DNA from: Octopus bimaculoides
Lineage: Eukaryota
DNA: 39,121 nt
Direction of reading: 5' to 3'
NCBI RefSeq assembly: GCF_001194135.2
Contig: NC_068991.1
Coordinates: forward strand, 68,012,344 to 68,051,464
Part shown: piece by piece, positions 23,283-36,199 of the stretch
Position numbering within the stretch: position 1 is the stretch's first letter
Layout of the letters: each line of letters begins with the position of its first letter
The notes under the pieces: model-generated
What the model saw: only the letters and a program-made list of their open reading frames with translations
What the model was told of the DNA's origin: nothing
Database searches by the model: none
Translations under genes and position numbers: made by a program

Positions 23283-24592
23283 TNNNNNNNNNNNNNNNNN
23301 NNNNNNNNNNNNNNNNNNNNNNNNNNNNNNNNNNNNNNNNNNNNNNNNNNNNNNNNNNNNNNNNNNNNNNNNNNNNNNNNNNNNNNNNNNNNNNNNNNNN
23401 NNNNNNNNNNNNNNNNNNNNNNNNNNNNNNNNNNNNNNNNNNNNNNNNNNNNNNNNNNNNNNNNNNNNNNNNNNNNNNNNNNNNNNNNNNNNNNNNNNNN
23501 NNNNNNNNNNNNNNNNNNNNNNNNNNNNNNNNNNNNNNNNNNNNNNNNNNNNNNNNNNNNNNNNNNNNNNNNNNNNNNNNNNNNNNNNNNNNNNNNNNNN
23601 NNNNNNNNNNNNNNNNNNNNNNNNNNNNNNNNNNNNNNNNNNNNNNNNNNNNNNNNNNNNNNNNNNNNNNNNNNNNNNNNNNNNNNNNNNNNNNNNNNNN
23701 NNNNNNNNNNNNNNNNNNNNNNNNNNNNNNNNNNNNNNNNNNNNNNNNNNNNNNNNNNNNNNNNNNNNNNNNNNNNNNNNNNNNNNNNNNNNNNNNNNNN
23801 NNNNNNNNNNNNNNNNNNNNNNNNNNNNNNNNNNNNNNNNNNNNNNNNNNNNNNNNNNNNNNNNNCCACCTCCATCCTTTTCTTAAATTTTATTCCGTGT
23901 TCCGTATTAAAAAAAATAAATATAAATTAAATAAAAACAAATAAATAAATAAACAAATAAATAAATAATAAATAATAATTTTAAAGTTATTATCTTAAGC
24001 CTCTTTCCCACCTCTTCTCCGTCTTCAACAACTTCCTAATTTGTTTCTACCTTACTTACTTTCTTCCTTCCTTTCTTCCTTCCTTTCTCCATTTATTTAT
24101 TTATTTATTTATTTATTTATTTTATTTATTTTATTTTTATTTTTATTCCCATTGTCGTAATCCTCGCTCTCTTCGTTGCTTTTCAATCGTTTAAAGTTTT
24201 TTCTAACATTTCGCTGCCAACATCCCTCACCAGATGTAAAATGACTGACAAACCCAGCAGAAATAAACAAACATATCAAATATTATAATTCCTTCAAAAA
24301 TATCACGACAACACACACGCACAAACGCACACACTCACGCATACACACACGCATAGAAAGAAATACACAGAAAGCCATGCAATCATACATACATACATAC
24401 ATACATACATACAAACGCGTGCACAGGCTAAGACAAGTATACACGTACATTCTGTCATATATACACACATATACACAATTTGTATTTACTCTCATGCGTA
24501 CGTTTTTACGTACAAACGCTATATTGCAGATCACATACATACACACATACACAGGCAAATATATGTGTGTGCGTAGAGACACGCCGTGCACA

Positions 24593-24633
<41 letters not shown>

Positions 24634-24749
24634 CTAAATATGGAAATATACAGAATAGAAGCTTACACATACACACACATCTATACAACGGCGTACATAC
24701 TAACAGGTTTATATACAGAATCACTTGCATATACAGCCATACGAACATA

Positions 24750-24783
<34 letters not shown>

Positions 24784-25101
24784 CACAAACAGGCAAGCAT
24801 TTACAAATATAGACATGCTTGTGCGCGTATACATAGATACAGAAACAAACAGCATCCTACCCACACACATACATACACATAGATAGACACACACACACAC
24901 ACACACATACACACACACACACATATATATATATATAAACACACGCACATACATGTACATGCGCACTGCTTGGTGAATACAGACCGAAATCCAAACAGCT
25001 GTACAGATGTACATATGCTATAAGACATTTGCAGTTGAAACCCCCTACAAACATATTTAGACTAAACAAACTTGCGTGTGAGACTATGTGCGAGTATGTG
25101 G

Positions 25102-25160
<59 letters not shown>

Positions 25161-25335
25161 ATTATCTAAAATATGTGTATATGTGTATATATATATAATG
25201 AATTCATTTATGTAATAGTATACATATTATATATATATAATAAATGTATGTATGCATACATATCTATGTATATGCAAATGTTATACACACACACACATAT
25301 ACTTATAAAAGAACATGTATACACACATACACTCG

Positions 25336-25388
<53 letters not shown>

Positions 25389-26919
25389 ATATACATACAT
25401 GCATACAGATACATATACTTGCACGCAATTAAGTGTGTAAACGCTTACACATGCATATATTTATGTATACGCGCATACACACATCTACATGTACACATAC
25501 ACACACACGCACATATTGTCTCAAGCAAGCAATAAAATTACATTTGTGGCACGATTTTTTTCGTCCTTCTTTTCTTTCCCACCTTTCATTAATCCTTTCT
25601 TTCTTTCCTTCTTTTTTTGTCTTGTCTTTCTTTGTTTCTTTGTTTCTTTCTTGCCTTTCTTTCTCGTCTGTTAACTGCGAGGATTACGAATGTTTGTTTT
25701 CCATTCGATAATGACGAATATCCTTAATTTAAAGAATTCCGTTACAGATTAGCAGCAAAACTGCTTTCGTCATTACATTACATTGTCCTCGAAAGACGAC
25801 TGACTACCGACCTTCCGCAACCACTACCACTGCCACCACCGCTACCACCACCACGGCCGCCACCAAAAACATCACCACAGCCACTACCACTACAGCCACC
25901 ACTACCACCACCACCACCACCACCANNNNNNNNNNNNNNNNNNNNNNNNNNNNNNNNNNNNNNNNNNNNNNNNNNNNNNNNNNNNNNNNNNNNNNNNNNN
26001 NNNNNNNNNNNNNNNNNNNNNNNNNNNNNNNNNNNNNNNNNNNNNNNNNNNNNNNNNNNNNNNNNNNNNNNNNNNNNNNNNNNNNNNNNNNNNNNNNNNN
26101 NNNNNNNNNNNNNNNNNNNNNNNNNNNNNNNNNNNNNNNNNNNNNNNNNNNNNNNNNNNNNNNNNNNNNNNNNNNNNNNNNNNNNNNNNNNNNNNNNNNN
26201 NNNNNNNNNNNNNNNNNNNNNNNNNNNNNNNNNNNNNNNNNNNNNNNNNNNNNNNNNNNNNNNNNNNNNNNNNNNNNNNNNNNNNNNNNNNNNNNNNNNN
26301 NNNNNNNNNNNNNNNNNNNNNNNNNNNNNNNNNNNNNNNNNNNNNNNNNNNNNNNNNNNNNNNNNNNNNNNNNNNNNNNNNNNNNNNNNNNNNNNNNNNN
26401 NNNNNNNNNNNNNNNNNNNNNNNNNNNNNNNNNNNNNNNNNNNNNNNNNNNNNNNNNNNNNNNNNNNNNNNNNNNNNNNNNNNNNNNNNNNNNNNNNNNN
26501 NNNNNNNNNNNNNNNNNNNNNNNNNNNNNNNNNNNNNNNNNNNNNNNNNNNNNNNNNNNNNNNNNNNNNNNNNNNNNNNNNNNNNNNNNNNNNNNNNNNN
26601 NNNNNNNNNNNNNNNNNNNNNNNNNNNNNNNNNNNNNNNNNNNNNNNNNNNNNNNNNNNNNNNNNNNNNNNNNNNNNNNNNNNNNNNNNNNNNNNNNNNN
26701 NNNNNNNNNNNNNNNNNNNNNNNNNNNNNNNNNNNNNNNNNNNNNNNNNNNNNNNNNNNNNNNNNNNNNNNNNNNNNNNNNNNNNNNNNNNNNNNNNNNN
26801 NNNNNNNNNNNNNNNNNNNNCATACATATACAATACATACACTCACACACACACTCACACACACACACACTCACACACACACTCACACACACACACACAC
26901 AACGCATATATTCACGCAG

Positions 26920-27042
26920 ACATCCAAGCGGCCTTGTTGATTTTATGGTCTTTAGAAAATCATTTAATCACGAATTGGGAAATCAATTATCTTCTATTTT
27001 CTTATTCTTTATTTATTCGTTCACTTACTCGACTGAGACCGG
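26920..27042 (+). CDS. Candidate exon (123 nt; two frames open)
   Basis: Acceptor atattcacgcAG, donor CGG|GTATGC. Symmetric length (phase 1-1 or 2-2); frame cannot be resolved. Confidence 0.27.
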
Positions 27043-27341
27043 GTATGCACACATACAAACACACACGCACGCACGCACGCACATATACGCACACACGCAT
27101 CCGCGCACACACACACGCATGCACGCACACACGCGCACACACATACACACACGCATGCACACGCACACATAAAGGTGAACGCTCTTCTGTATATAAATGT
27201 GTGCAGTCATACATACGTATATGTACACACACAAACACACACACACATACATACATACATATATATTCTGTAACGCAGAATATATATGTACATATGTATA
27301 TGCGTATAAGTGTATGTATATGTGTATATATGTATATGTGC

Positions 27342-27389
<48 letters not shown>

Positions 27390-28141
27390 NNNNNNNNNNN
27401 NNNNNNNNNNNNNNNNNNNNNNNNNNNNNNNNNNNNNNNNNNNNNNNNNNNNNNNNNNNNNNNNNNNNNNNNNNNNNNNNNNNNNNNNNNNNNNNNNNNN
27501 NNNNNNNNNNNNNNNNNNNNNNNNNNNNNNNNNNNNNNNNNNNNNNNNNNNNNNNNNNNNNNNNNNNNNNNNNNNNNNNNNNNNNNNNNNNNNNNNNNNN
27601 NNNNNNNNNNNNNNNNNNNNNNNNNNNNNNNNNNNNNNNNNNNNNNNNNNNNNNNNNNNNNNNNNNNNNNNNNNNNNNNNNNNNNNNNNNNNNNNNNNNN
27701 NNNNNNNNNNNNNNNNNNNNNNNNNNNNNNNNNNNNNNNNNNNNNNNNNNNNNNNNNNNNNNNNNNNNNNNNNNNNNNNNNNNNNNNNNNNNNNNNNNNN
27801 NNNNNNNNNNNNNNNNNNNNNNNNNNNNNNNNNNNNNNNNNNNNNNNNNNNNNNNNNNNNNNNNNNNNNNNNNNNNNNNNNNNNNNNNNNNNNNNNNNNN
27901 NNNNNNNNNNNNNNNNNNNNNNNNNNNNNNNNNNNNNNNNNNNNNNNNNNNNNNNNNNNNNNNNNNNNNNNNNNNNNNNNNNNNNNNNNNNNNNNNNNNN
28001 NNNNNNNNNNNNNNNNNNNNNNNNNNNNNNNNNNNNNNNNNNNNNNNNNNNNNNNNNNNNNNNNNNNNNNNNNNNNNNNNNNNNNNNNNNNNNNNNNNNN
28101 NNNNNNNNNNNNNNNNNNNNNNNNNNNNNNNNNNNNNNNNN

Positions 28142-28189
<48 letters not shown>

Positions 28190-28191
<2 letters not shown>

Positions 28192-28734
28192 GCCCTGATG
28201 CAGTACTGGGCAGTGGCTCTCATGGCTTCTGATCTTAATTGATTGGAAGTGTTATCATGGACATTGTTTTGCCTTGGTATAAAAGATGGGCTACAGCAAA
28301 TATTCTGCTTAATACCACAGATTGTTTTACCTGAACCAGTTCAGCATGTCCCTTGGTGGCTGACGATATGTGCATCTCTGATTATGAGCAGAAGTAGTGC
28401 GGGAACATCACAGTCATGTGTTCAGAAGAACTCTTTGGGGTTTGGATGATTCACCTTTGGAAACATGGGTGTTTCGTTCGACATCCTCAAACAACCTTTA
28501 TTCAAGGACCTTTTGAGCGGGATGGGCTACTCGACCTGAAGAAAATTCTAACTGGGCCCCACCTGCAAGGTCATGCGCTGTTTATATTGATATGAGACCA
28601 CTATGTCGCGTACATATGGTTGTGATGCATGTATCTGGTGTACCCTTATCAGACAGGTAGTCATGATGGGTATACTGGGCTTCGTATATTTGTACCCCAG
28701 TGTCACTTTGATGGCATGTCCTGCTCTCTCACTC
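28190..28734 (+). mobile_element. 545-bp non-coding element flanked on both sides by (AAT)n; probable 3' UTR or non-autonomous derivative of a (TAA)n-targeting non-LTR element
   Basis: (TAA)n 28142-28189 and 28735-28749 flank it, and a second 3'-coterminal copy lies at 8988-9088. Confidence 0.75.
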
Positions 28735-28836
28735 AATAATAATAATAAAATGGCATGTCATAAGTATTTTGATGTTATTTGATCTCATTAACGTTAGTTT
28801 TTTTTCTGGTTTGTGTACATCTAACTCCCGTAATAG

Positions 28837-28881
28837 CTGTTCACGCATGATGTAACGACTGCACGCAAAATGAAGATACAG
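28837..28881 (+). CDS. Candidate exon (45 nt, LFTHDVTTARKMKIQ)
   Basis: Pyrimidine tract plus CTAAC branch-like motif (28821-28825), acceptor taatAG, donor CAG|GTATAA. Only frame 0 is open. Confidence 0.3.
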
Positions 28882-29028
28882 GTATAAGACGTTTTTCTGG
28901 CCTTTGCATTTATGATCATATCTTTATATCTGAAACTGAAGAATAAAGACATTTCCTGATTTAAATGATTGATGAGAACAATTAAGATCGAAAAACGTCA
29001 GTACAGTTGTATTATCATCATTACTATG

Positions 29029-29078
<50 letters not shown>

Positions 29079-29886
29079 GATTAAATACAGTTCTGTAACT
29101 GGGTCGTTACTATTATTATTATTTTTTTTATTATTATTATTATTATTNNNNNNNNNNNNNNNNNNNNNNNNNNNNNNNNNNNNNNNNNNNNNNNNNNNNN
29201 NNNNNNNNNNNNNNNNNNNNNNNNNNNNNNNNNNNNNNNNNNNNNNNNNNNNNNNNNNNNNNNNNNNNNNNNNNNNNNNNNNNNNNNNNNNNNNNNNNNN
29301 NNNNNNNNNNNNNNNNNNNNNNNNNNNNNNNNNNNNNNNNNNNNNNNNNNNNNNNNNNNNNNNNNNNNNNNNNNNNNNNNNNNNNNNNNNNNNNNNNNNN
29401 NNNNNNNNNNNNNNNNNNNNNNNNNNNNNNNNNNNNNNNNNNNNNNNNNNNNNNNNNNNNNNNNNNNNNNNNNNNNNNNNNNNNNNNNNNNNNNNNNNNN
29501 NNNNNNNNNNNNNNNNNNNNNNNNNNNNNNNNNNNNNNNNNNNNNNNNNNNNNNNNNNNNNNNNNNNNNNNNNNNNNNNNNNNNNNNNNNNNNNNNNNNN
29601 NNNNNNNNNNNNNNNNNNNNNNNNNNNNNNNNNNNNNNNNNNNNNNNNNNNNNNNNNNNNNNNNNNNNNNNNNNNNNNNNNNNNNNNNNNNNNNNNNNNN
29701 NNNNNNNNNNNNNNNNNNNNNNNNNNNNNNNNNNNNNNNNNNNNNNNNNNNNNNNNNNNNNNNNNNNNNNNNNNNNNNNNNNNNNNNNNNNNNNNNNNNN
29801 NNNNNNNNNNNNNNNNNNNNNNNNNNNNNNNNNNNNNNNNNNNNNNNNNNNNNNNNNNNNNNNNNNNNNNNNNNNNNNNNNNNNNN

Positions 29887-29922
<36 letters not shown>

Positions 29923-30234
29923 TCGCTGAGTACATTCATTACCGCCATTCAAAATATCTGATGATTTGAAAGACAGAAAAGAGAAAAAAAGATAAGATAA
30001 GAAACGCCAACAGAAAATACCTGATTTAAGAACTTATCTGATTCTCATGAATAATTAAAATTCGATATAACACTGATAAATTCACTTAATATCCAAATAC
30101 ATATGTAATTGGAATTTTATTATAATGATTAATACGAAATAAATACGGATTAAATGCGATTCCACAATTTCAATATAATTATTATTATAATTGCTACAGA
30201 GTATGTAAATATGAAATAGATTCTTTCTCCTTAG

Positions 30235-30278
30235 GAAGAAAAACGGATGGACCAATCGAAGAGAAGCTTTTGCCATGT
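30235..30278 (+). CDS. Candidate exon (44 nt)
   Basis: Strong acceptor attctttctccttAG, donor T|GTATGC. All three frames are open. Confidence 0.27.
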
Positions 30279-30551
30279 GTATGCATGTGTATCTGTGTGT
30301 ATGCATAGGTGTGTGTGTGTGTATGTCTATGCATGTGTGTGTGTGTGTGTTTAGAAAACGAATGGGACTTTGCTTACATCCACAATGTTTGAGGCAAACC
30401 ACAACACGCTTCGCTTCAATTACATACACACTTACATGCATTTAGACATGTATGCATGCAGAAATAAACGAACACACATAAGGTGTATATGTGTGTATGT
30501 ATTTAGAAAGCAAAGAGAAAAAGAACGCAACGTGCCACGTAGAATATGTAT

Positions 30552-30654
<103 letters not shown>

Positions 30655-30920
30655 TATAATGCCTATTAAAATGCAGAACAAGTAAGCATTGAGTTAGAGC
30701 TCATATGTTGCATTACATTACGAAACAGGTGCCCGAGAAAAATATTTATGCTATTACAGAGAAATTTTAAGTTACTGATTTGCTAGCCGTAGTCGTCAGA
30801 GATTATGGAAACAAAGTATAAGATTTGAAAATTTAAGTTGAAATTATTTTCTCAGAACATCCTTACACGTGTTTCTTTGACAATTATGCCTTAATTACGT
30901 AAGACTAAATCTAAGCAATG

Positions 30921-30976
30921 TTTTATCAACTGTCATCTTGTCAGAACCACTTCTGAAGAGATGACAGTTGATAAAA
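30921..30976. other. 56-nt hairpin: 18-bp perfect stem, G-T pair plus mismatch, 6-bp stem, CCAC loop
   Basis: ttttatcaactgtcatct (30921-30938) pairs with agatgacagttgataaaa (30959-30976); tcagaa pairs with ttctga. Confidence 0.9.
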
Positions 30977-31125
30977 GACGACACAAGTTTAACCTTAGAT
31001 AATCATGTTACTGATTGTTACTGAAAGATGTGTGAAGATGTTTGAAGTAAATATTTCCAGACAAGTTATTTATTGTCAGAAAAATAATTTTGCTGAAAAT
31101 ACTTACTTAAATTGCAAGCACACAT

Positions 31126-31159
<34 letters not shown>

Positions 31160-31187
31160 GTGAGTGCACGCGCGCGTGTATGTGTGT

Positions 31188-31410
31188 GAAGACGAGTGGC
31201 CTAGTGGTTACCAACCAGCACTTATAATCGCGAGAACTAGGTTTCGATTCCCGGTCTAGCTGTGCATTATGTTGCTACTCCACACCCAGGTATAACTGTG
31301 CACTCCTGCGATGGAATGGAGTTCTGTTCAGTGGGGAATGTTGGCCTGAATGCTTCGTAACTGGGAGACTGCATCATTCAAAAGCTAAACAATGCAGACA
31401 ATGCAATTTC
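31188..31410 (+). mobile_element. Degenerate tRNA-derived SINE (further family)
   Basis: A-box TGGCCTAGTGG (31197-31207), B-box GTTTCGATTCC (31241-31251), no cloverleaf, ~150-nt unrelated body. Confidence 0.6.
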
Positions 31411-31415
31411 CCCCC

Positions 31416-31479
<64 letters not shown>

Positions 31480-31519
31480 GTAAATATATATTTATATATA
31501 TATATAAATATACACACCG

Positions 31520-31667
31520 GGCTTCTTTCAGTTTCTCTCATTCAAGTCCACTCACAAAAGCTTGGTTAGCCCGAGGCTATAGTAGAAGACACTTGCGCAA
31601 GACGCCGGGCAGTGGGTCTGAACCAAACCAGGAACCATGTGGTGTGGTTGGAAGCAAACTTCTTGCC
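31520..31667 (-). mobile_element. SINE family B 5' portion
   Basis: Plus strand ggcttctttcagttt..ccactcacaa..cccgaggctatagtagaagacacttg..ggaaccatgtgg; close match to 18168-18325. Confidence 0.85.
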
Positions 31668-31807
31668 GGCAGTTCTTCGGGTCCGAAGACCATGAGGAAA
31701 AGCGTTCCTTGAACAACAGGTTGTGGGCCACTTGGGGCAAATACGTAGTCTTTAGTCAGGTGACAGTATTGACATTTTCCTTCTTTGGCCTTTCTCAACT
31801 GTCACAG

Positions 31808-31931
31808 TTGCTCTGACATTCTCAAAGTTACTTGCAGCGATCTGGACGCAGTTTTGCACATGTACCTCTACGTGGCGCCACCGCAGCCCCGGCTTGTGGG
31901 TGTGGGGTTGAAGTGATCTATCCTTACGTGG
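31808..31931 (+). other. Candidate exon with strong splice sites; frame unresolved
   Basis: Acceptor ttttccttctttggcctttctcaactgtcacAG, donor G|GTAAGC. All frames have stops unless the alternative acceptor before 31838 is used. Confidence 0.2.
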
Positions 31932-32515
31932 GTAAGCTGGTCTTTGGAATGCTTACATACACAACGATATGTAATATTCTTGTATTTGAAGCTGGAAAAA
32001 TTCCAGGTTGTTACCAACTGATATAATATTGAATATTGCACTTGAAAAACTTTAAAAATATTTCCGAGGCCTCTAACAAACACTTGACCATTTCCATCTT
32101 TAACGAAAATTCTAAAAACGCATCCATGCATATGTATGCATAGGAACGCATAGGAACGCGTACGAGCAACATCTGTATATTTTGCAGATGAAAGCACGCG
32201 CACACACACACACAGAGACTCACACGCTCATCTATATACACACACGTATATTTTTCATTGAAAATCGTGTACATTCATCTATAAGTTTATCGATCGATAT
32301 TTTTCTCTATTAGTGCAGCTATAGTTTTATAATTCTATCTTCAACTGAATACAAACGTATCAAGCAATATCTCAATATACAACGATAACATACTGCTACG
32401 GACTGTTCCACTGTAACTGTAGGCTGGTTATAAACTAGTTACTGAGCGTTCATGTTTTTAAGCTCCTCATTTCAACATCGTCAGTCATTTTTGCCAGTTG
32501 ATTTCTTTCTTTTAG

Positions 32516-32552
32516 ATTTATATCCTATGGTTTATCAACTGCCATAATGAGG
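32516..32552 (+). CDS. Candidate exon (37 nt; IYILWFINCHNE or FISYGLSTAIMR)
   Basis: Acceptor gatttctttcttttAG and donor AGG|GTATGT are both near consensus. Confidence 0.35.
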
Positions 32553-32677
32553 GTATGTTTGTGGTGATGATGGCGGTGGTAGTACAAATAGTGTTGTCTG
32601 CAGCGAAGGGAAGTGTTAGTGTTGGCGATAGTGTTGTTTTCGGGTTGGAGATATTTCTTTATTAACTGTCACAATGG

Positions 32678-32903
32678 GGCGGCGAGCTAGCAGAATCGTT
32701 AGCACCCGGGGTTAAATACTTAGCGGTATTTCGTCTGCCGGTATTTCGTTCTGAGTTCAAATTCCGCCGAGGTCGACTTTGCCTTTCATCCTTTCGAGGT
32801 CGATTAAATAAGTACCAGTTACGCACTGGGGCCGGTGTAATCGACTCAATCCCTTTGTCTGTCCTTGTTTCTCTCATAGTCCCCTCTGGGCTATAAAGAA
32901 ATA
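32678..32903 (+). mobile_element. Full-length SINE family A
   Basis: ggcggcgagctagcagaatcgttagc head, B-box gagttcaaattcc, intact core, tail ataaagaaata. Confidence 0.92.
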
Positions 32904-33134
32904 AATGGTACTGCCATTAATGTGTGTGTGTGTGTGTGTAAGCGTGGCTGCATGGTAACAAGTTTATTTACCAACCACATGGTTCCAGATTCTCCCTGAA
33001 TATAAGTAGATATATGGGTCTACGTNNNNNNNNNNNNNNNNNNNNNNNNNNNNNNNNNNNNNNNNNNNNNNNNNNNNNNNNNNNNNNNNNNNNNNNNNNN
33101 NNNNNNTACACACACATACACACACAAACCTGGT

Positions 33135-33517
33135 GAAAGCGCAATGGCTCAGTGGTTAGGGCAGCGGACTCGCGGTCATAGAATCGCAGTTTCGATTCCC
33201 AGAACGGGCGTTGTGAGTGTTTATCGAGCGAAAACACCAAAAGCTCCACGAGGCTCGGCAGGGGATGGTGGCGAACCCTGCTGTACTCTTTTTTCACAAC
33301 TTTCTCTCACTCTTACTTCCTGTTTCTTTTGTGCCTGTATTTCAAAGGGTCGGCCTTGTCACACTCTGTGTCACGCTGAATATCCCCGAGAACTACGTTA
33401 AGGGTACACGTGTCTGTGGAGTGCTCAGCCACTTGCACGTTAATTTCACGAGCAGGCTGTTACGTTGATCGGATCAACTGGAACCCTCGACGTCGAAAGC
33501 GACGGAGTGCCAACAAC
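33135..33517 (+). mobile_element. Full-length tRNA-derived SINE family C with 3' hairpin and (CAA)-like tail
   Basis: A-box TGGCTCAGTGG (33145-33155), B-box GTTTCGATTCC (33189-33199), 3' stem-loop cgtcg-aaag-cgacg, then gccaacaac. Confidence 0.85.
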
Positions 33518-33879
33518 GACAATACACAAACGTGGTACATGTTACCAAATTACATTCGCTTCTGAGTGACTGTTATAGTTTCTTTTATGCACAATCTTAG
33601 TTATTCGGTGTATACTAAACAAAATTTCAACTCATACGTTTTTTGTTACCTTTTCATAGAACTTATCTCCCTTTACGTCCAAACAGACATTGCTTTTCTT
33701 ACTGAGCTCTCGATAAAGTGCATAATGAGACCCCCACCCCCCAAAAAAAACTCGGCTGACGTTGAGGGTTCAATTCAGTCATGCAAAACAGTAAAGACAA
33801 CAGCCTAGCAAGGCCGCAGTCGAATAGCTGATGCCATTCTTACAAAGGTGCAATGTCAGAAATCTCCTGCGGTAGGGAA

Positions 33880-34032
33880 CAGTCTATTATATTATAACTG
33901 ATATTTTGTTTTATCGATCCTGGAAGAATAAAAGACAAAATTTACCTCGGCGTTATTTGACTTCAGAACGTAAAGTGTCATAATTAAATAGCTAACGGTA
34001 TTTTGTTCGACTCTTTAACAATTCTGTCAAAC
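33880..34032 (-). mobile_element. SINE family A, diverged
   Basis: Plus strand ttttatcgatcc..aaaagacaaaatttacctcggcgttatttgacttcagaacgtaaag..aacaattctgtca. Confidence 0.75.
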
Positions 34033-34347
34033 CACCATCCTGAAGTCAAAAAATAATAAAAGAATGCGATATCTACATTGCTTCTATTAGCCGCCATTTT
34101 GAATAATGTATCTTGATAAAACGTTTCCTTTAGCGGTATTCATAATTGTGGAATAATTTCTTTGAATGCAATCTGACATTTTGTAGGAATAGCAAAATCA
34201 TGTGACCAACAGCCAAATATTTCAGGTTTCCAACATTACAGTGTATGATAAATCTAATTTATCGTTGAAAATGAAGTATAACAACATTTAGATATCAGAA
34301 CATAGTATTATTGATTGTTGATCAGTTTTTAATCTATTCCATTTTAG

Positions 34348-34403
34348 ATGTCTGTTGGGATTTGATGGAAAATAATGGCAACATCTGGAATTTATCGGGT
34401 TAA
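34348..34403 (+). CDS. Candidate terminal coding exon of gene 2 (xVCWDLMENNGNIWNLSG*, or MSVGI* in frame 0)
   Basis: Acceptor tttttaatctattccattttAG followed by ~400 nt of unique sequence with AATAAA near 34510. Confidence 0.28.
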
Positions 34404-34817
34404 CAATTCATCAGAGTATATTTAATATATGTGCTAAGAGAAGCGGTAATTCGGTAATGATCCAATGAATATATTGAATATCATGGAGCACAGATTAGAT
34501 ACACAGTTGAATAAACTTAATATATATGACTCCAGATGTGATAACGGCTTCAACTGAATTGAATATCCATGACTCTCTCTCAAAGTAGCTTTTGATGGAA
34601 AACCAACTAGATTAGACATTCAGATGAACCGCAGAGACAAAATACCAGTATACACTGGATATCCTCATTACGAGGTGTTCAACTGAGGCGAGAGTTTTGA
34701 ATATCCTAATTACCAGATGTGACAGTCAAATATATTGACAAATCTACTTACCACATGTGATAAAAAGTCGATTATACGGGAACTCTAAAACTGCACAATG
34801 GTATAACTAATAAGGTC

Positions 34818-34880
<63 letters not shown>

Positions 34881-34914
34881 CACTAATGTAATAAAAATTG
34901 TATGAAGCATTACT

Positions 34915-35070
34915 GCTGTGTGGTTAAAGAGCTCAATTCTTAACCATGTAGTCCCAGATTTGTTCTCGAAACGCGTACTTGGTGTAGAAGTGTCATTTAC
35001 TGAAGAGTTGATTGGACTAATGCCTTGTGATGGAATTTGGCAAACGGAAAGGTCTGTGGAAAACTAACGC
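34915..35070 (+). mobile_element. SINE family B 5' portion, highly diverged
   Basis: gtgtggttaaagagc..aaccatgtagt..aagtgtcatttact..gccttgtgatggaatttggcaaacggaaa. Confidence 0.45.
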
Positions 35071-35186
35071 GTATGTGAGCTTATATAGATGCATGTATAC
35101 AAGCATACATTACTCTATGCTCGTAGACAGTCTTTCTAAAGCTAGCTGATTATATATATATGTATATGTATATGCATATGCATATG

Positions 35187-35220
<34 letters not shown>

Positions 35221-35269
35221 TGTATGTATGTATATATATGTCTGTATCTATCTATCCATCTATCCATCC

Positions 35270-35356
<87 letters not shown>

Positions 35357-36081
35357 CACCCATTTCTCTATCTCTCTCTCTCTCTCTCGCTTTATNNNNN
35401 NNNNNNNNNNNNNNNNNNNNNNNNNNNNNNNNNNNNNNNNNNNNNNNNNNNNNNNNNNNNNNNNNNNNNNNNNNNNNNNNNNNNNNNNNNNNNNNNNNNN
35501 NNNNNNNNNNNNNNNNNNNNNNNNNNNNNNNNNNNNNNNNNNNNNNNNNNNNNNNNNNNNNNNNNNNNNNNNNNNNNNNNNNNNNNNNNNNNNNNNNNNN
35601 NNNNNNNNNNNNNNNNNNNNNNNNNNNNNNNNNNNNNNNNNNNNNNNNNNNNNNNNNNNNNNNNNNNNNNNNNNNNNNNNNNNNNNNNNNNNNNNNNNNN
35701 NNNNNNNNNNNNNNNNNNNNNNNNNNNNNNNNNNNNNNNNNNNNNNNNNNNNNNNNNNNNNNNNNNNNNNNNNNNNNNNNNNNNNNNNNNNNNNNNNNNN
35801 NNNNNNNNNNNNNNNNNNNNNNNNNNNNNNNNNNNNNNNNNNNNNNNNNNNNNNNNNNNNNNNNNNNNNNNNNNNNNNNNNNNNNNNNNNNNNNNNNNNN
35901 NNNNNNNNNNNNNNNNNNNNNNNNNNNNNNNNNNNNNNNNNNNNNNNNNNNNNNNNNNNNNNNNNNNNNNNNNNNNNNNNNNNNNNNNNNNNNNNNNNNN
36001 NNNNNNNNNNNNNNNNNNNNNNNNNNNNNNNNNNNNNNNNNNNNNNNNNNNNNNNNNNNNNNNNNNNATATGCATGCCCAC

Positions 36082-36152
36082 GGGCATATGGCGTAGTGGT
36101 TAAGGGCGCGGGCTACTAACTCCAAGATTCCAAGTTCGATTCCAGGCAGTTA

Positions 36153-36199
<47 letters not shown>

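Noticed and set aside
25800-25925. Gly-rich or Thr/Pro-rich ORF
   Set aside because: Degenerate (CCA/CTA)n triplet repeat running into a gap.
33135-33215. tRNA genes at the SINE heads (also 31188 and 36082)
   Set aside because: A and B boxes are present, but there is no complete cloverleaf or acceptor stem, and each continues into a SINE body.
32516-34365. Spliced YGLSTAIMRMSVGI as a cystathionine/methionine gamma-lyase RxSVG motif
   Set aside because: Only a short motif match, followed immediately by a stop; no other lyase motifs found and the frame is ambiguous.
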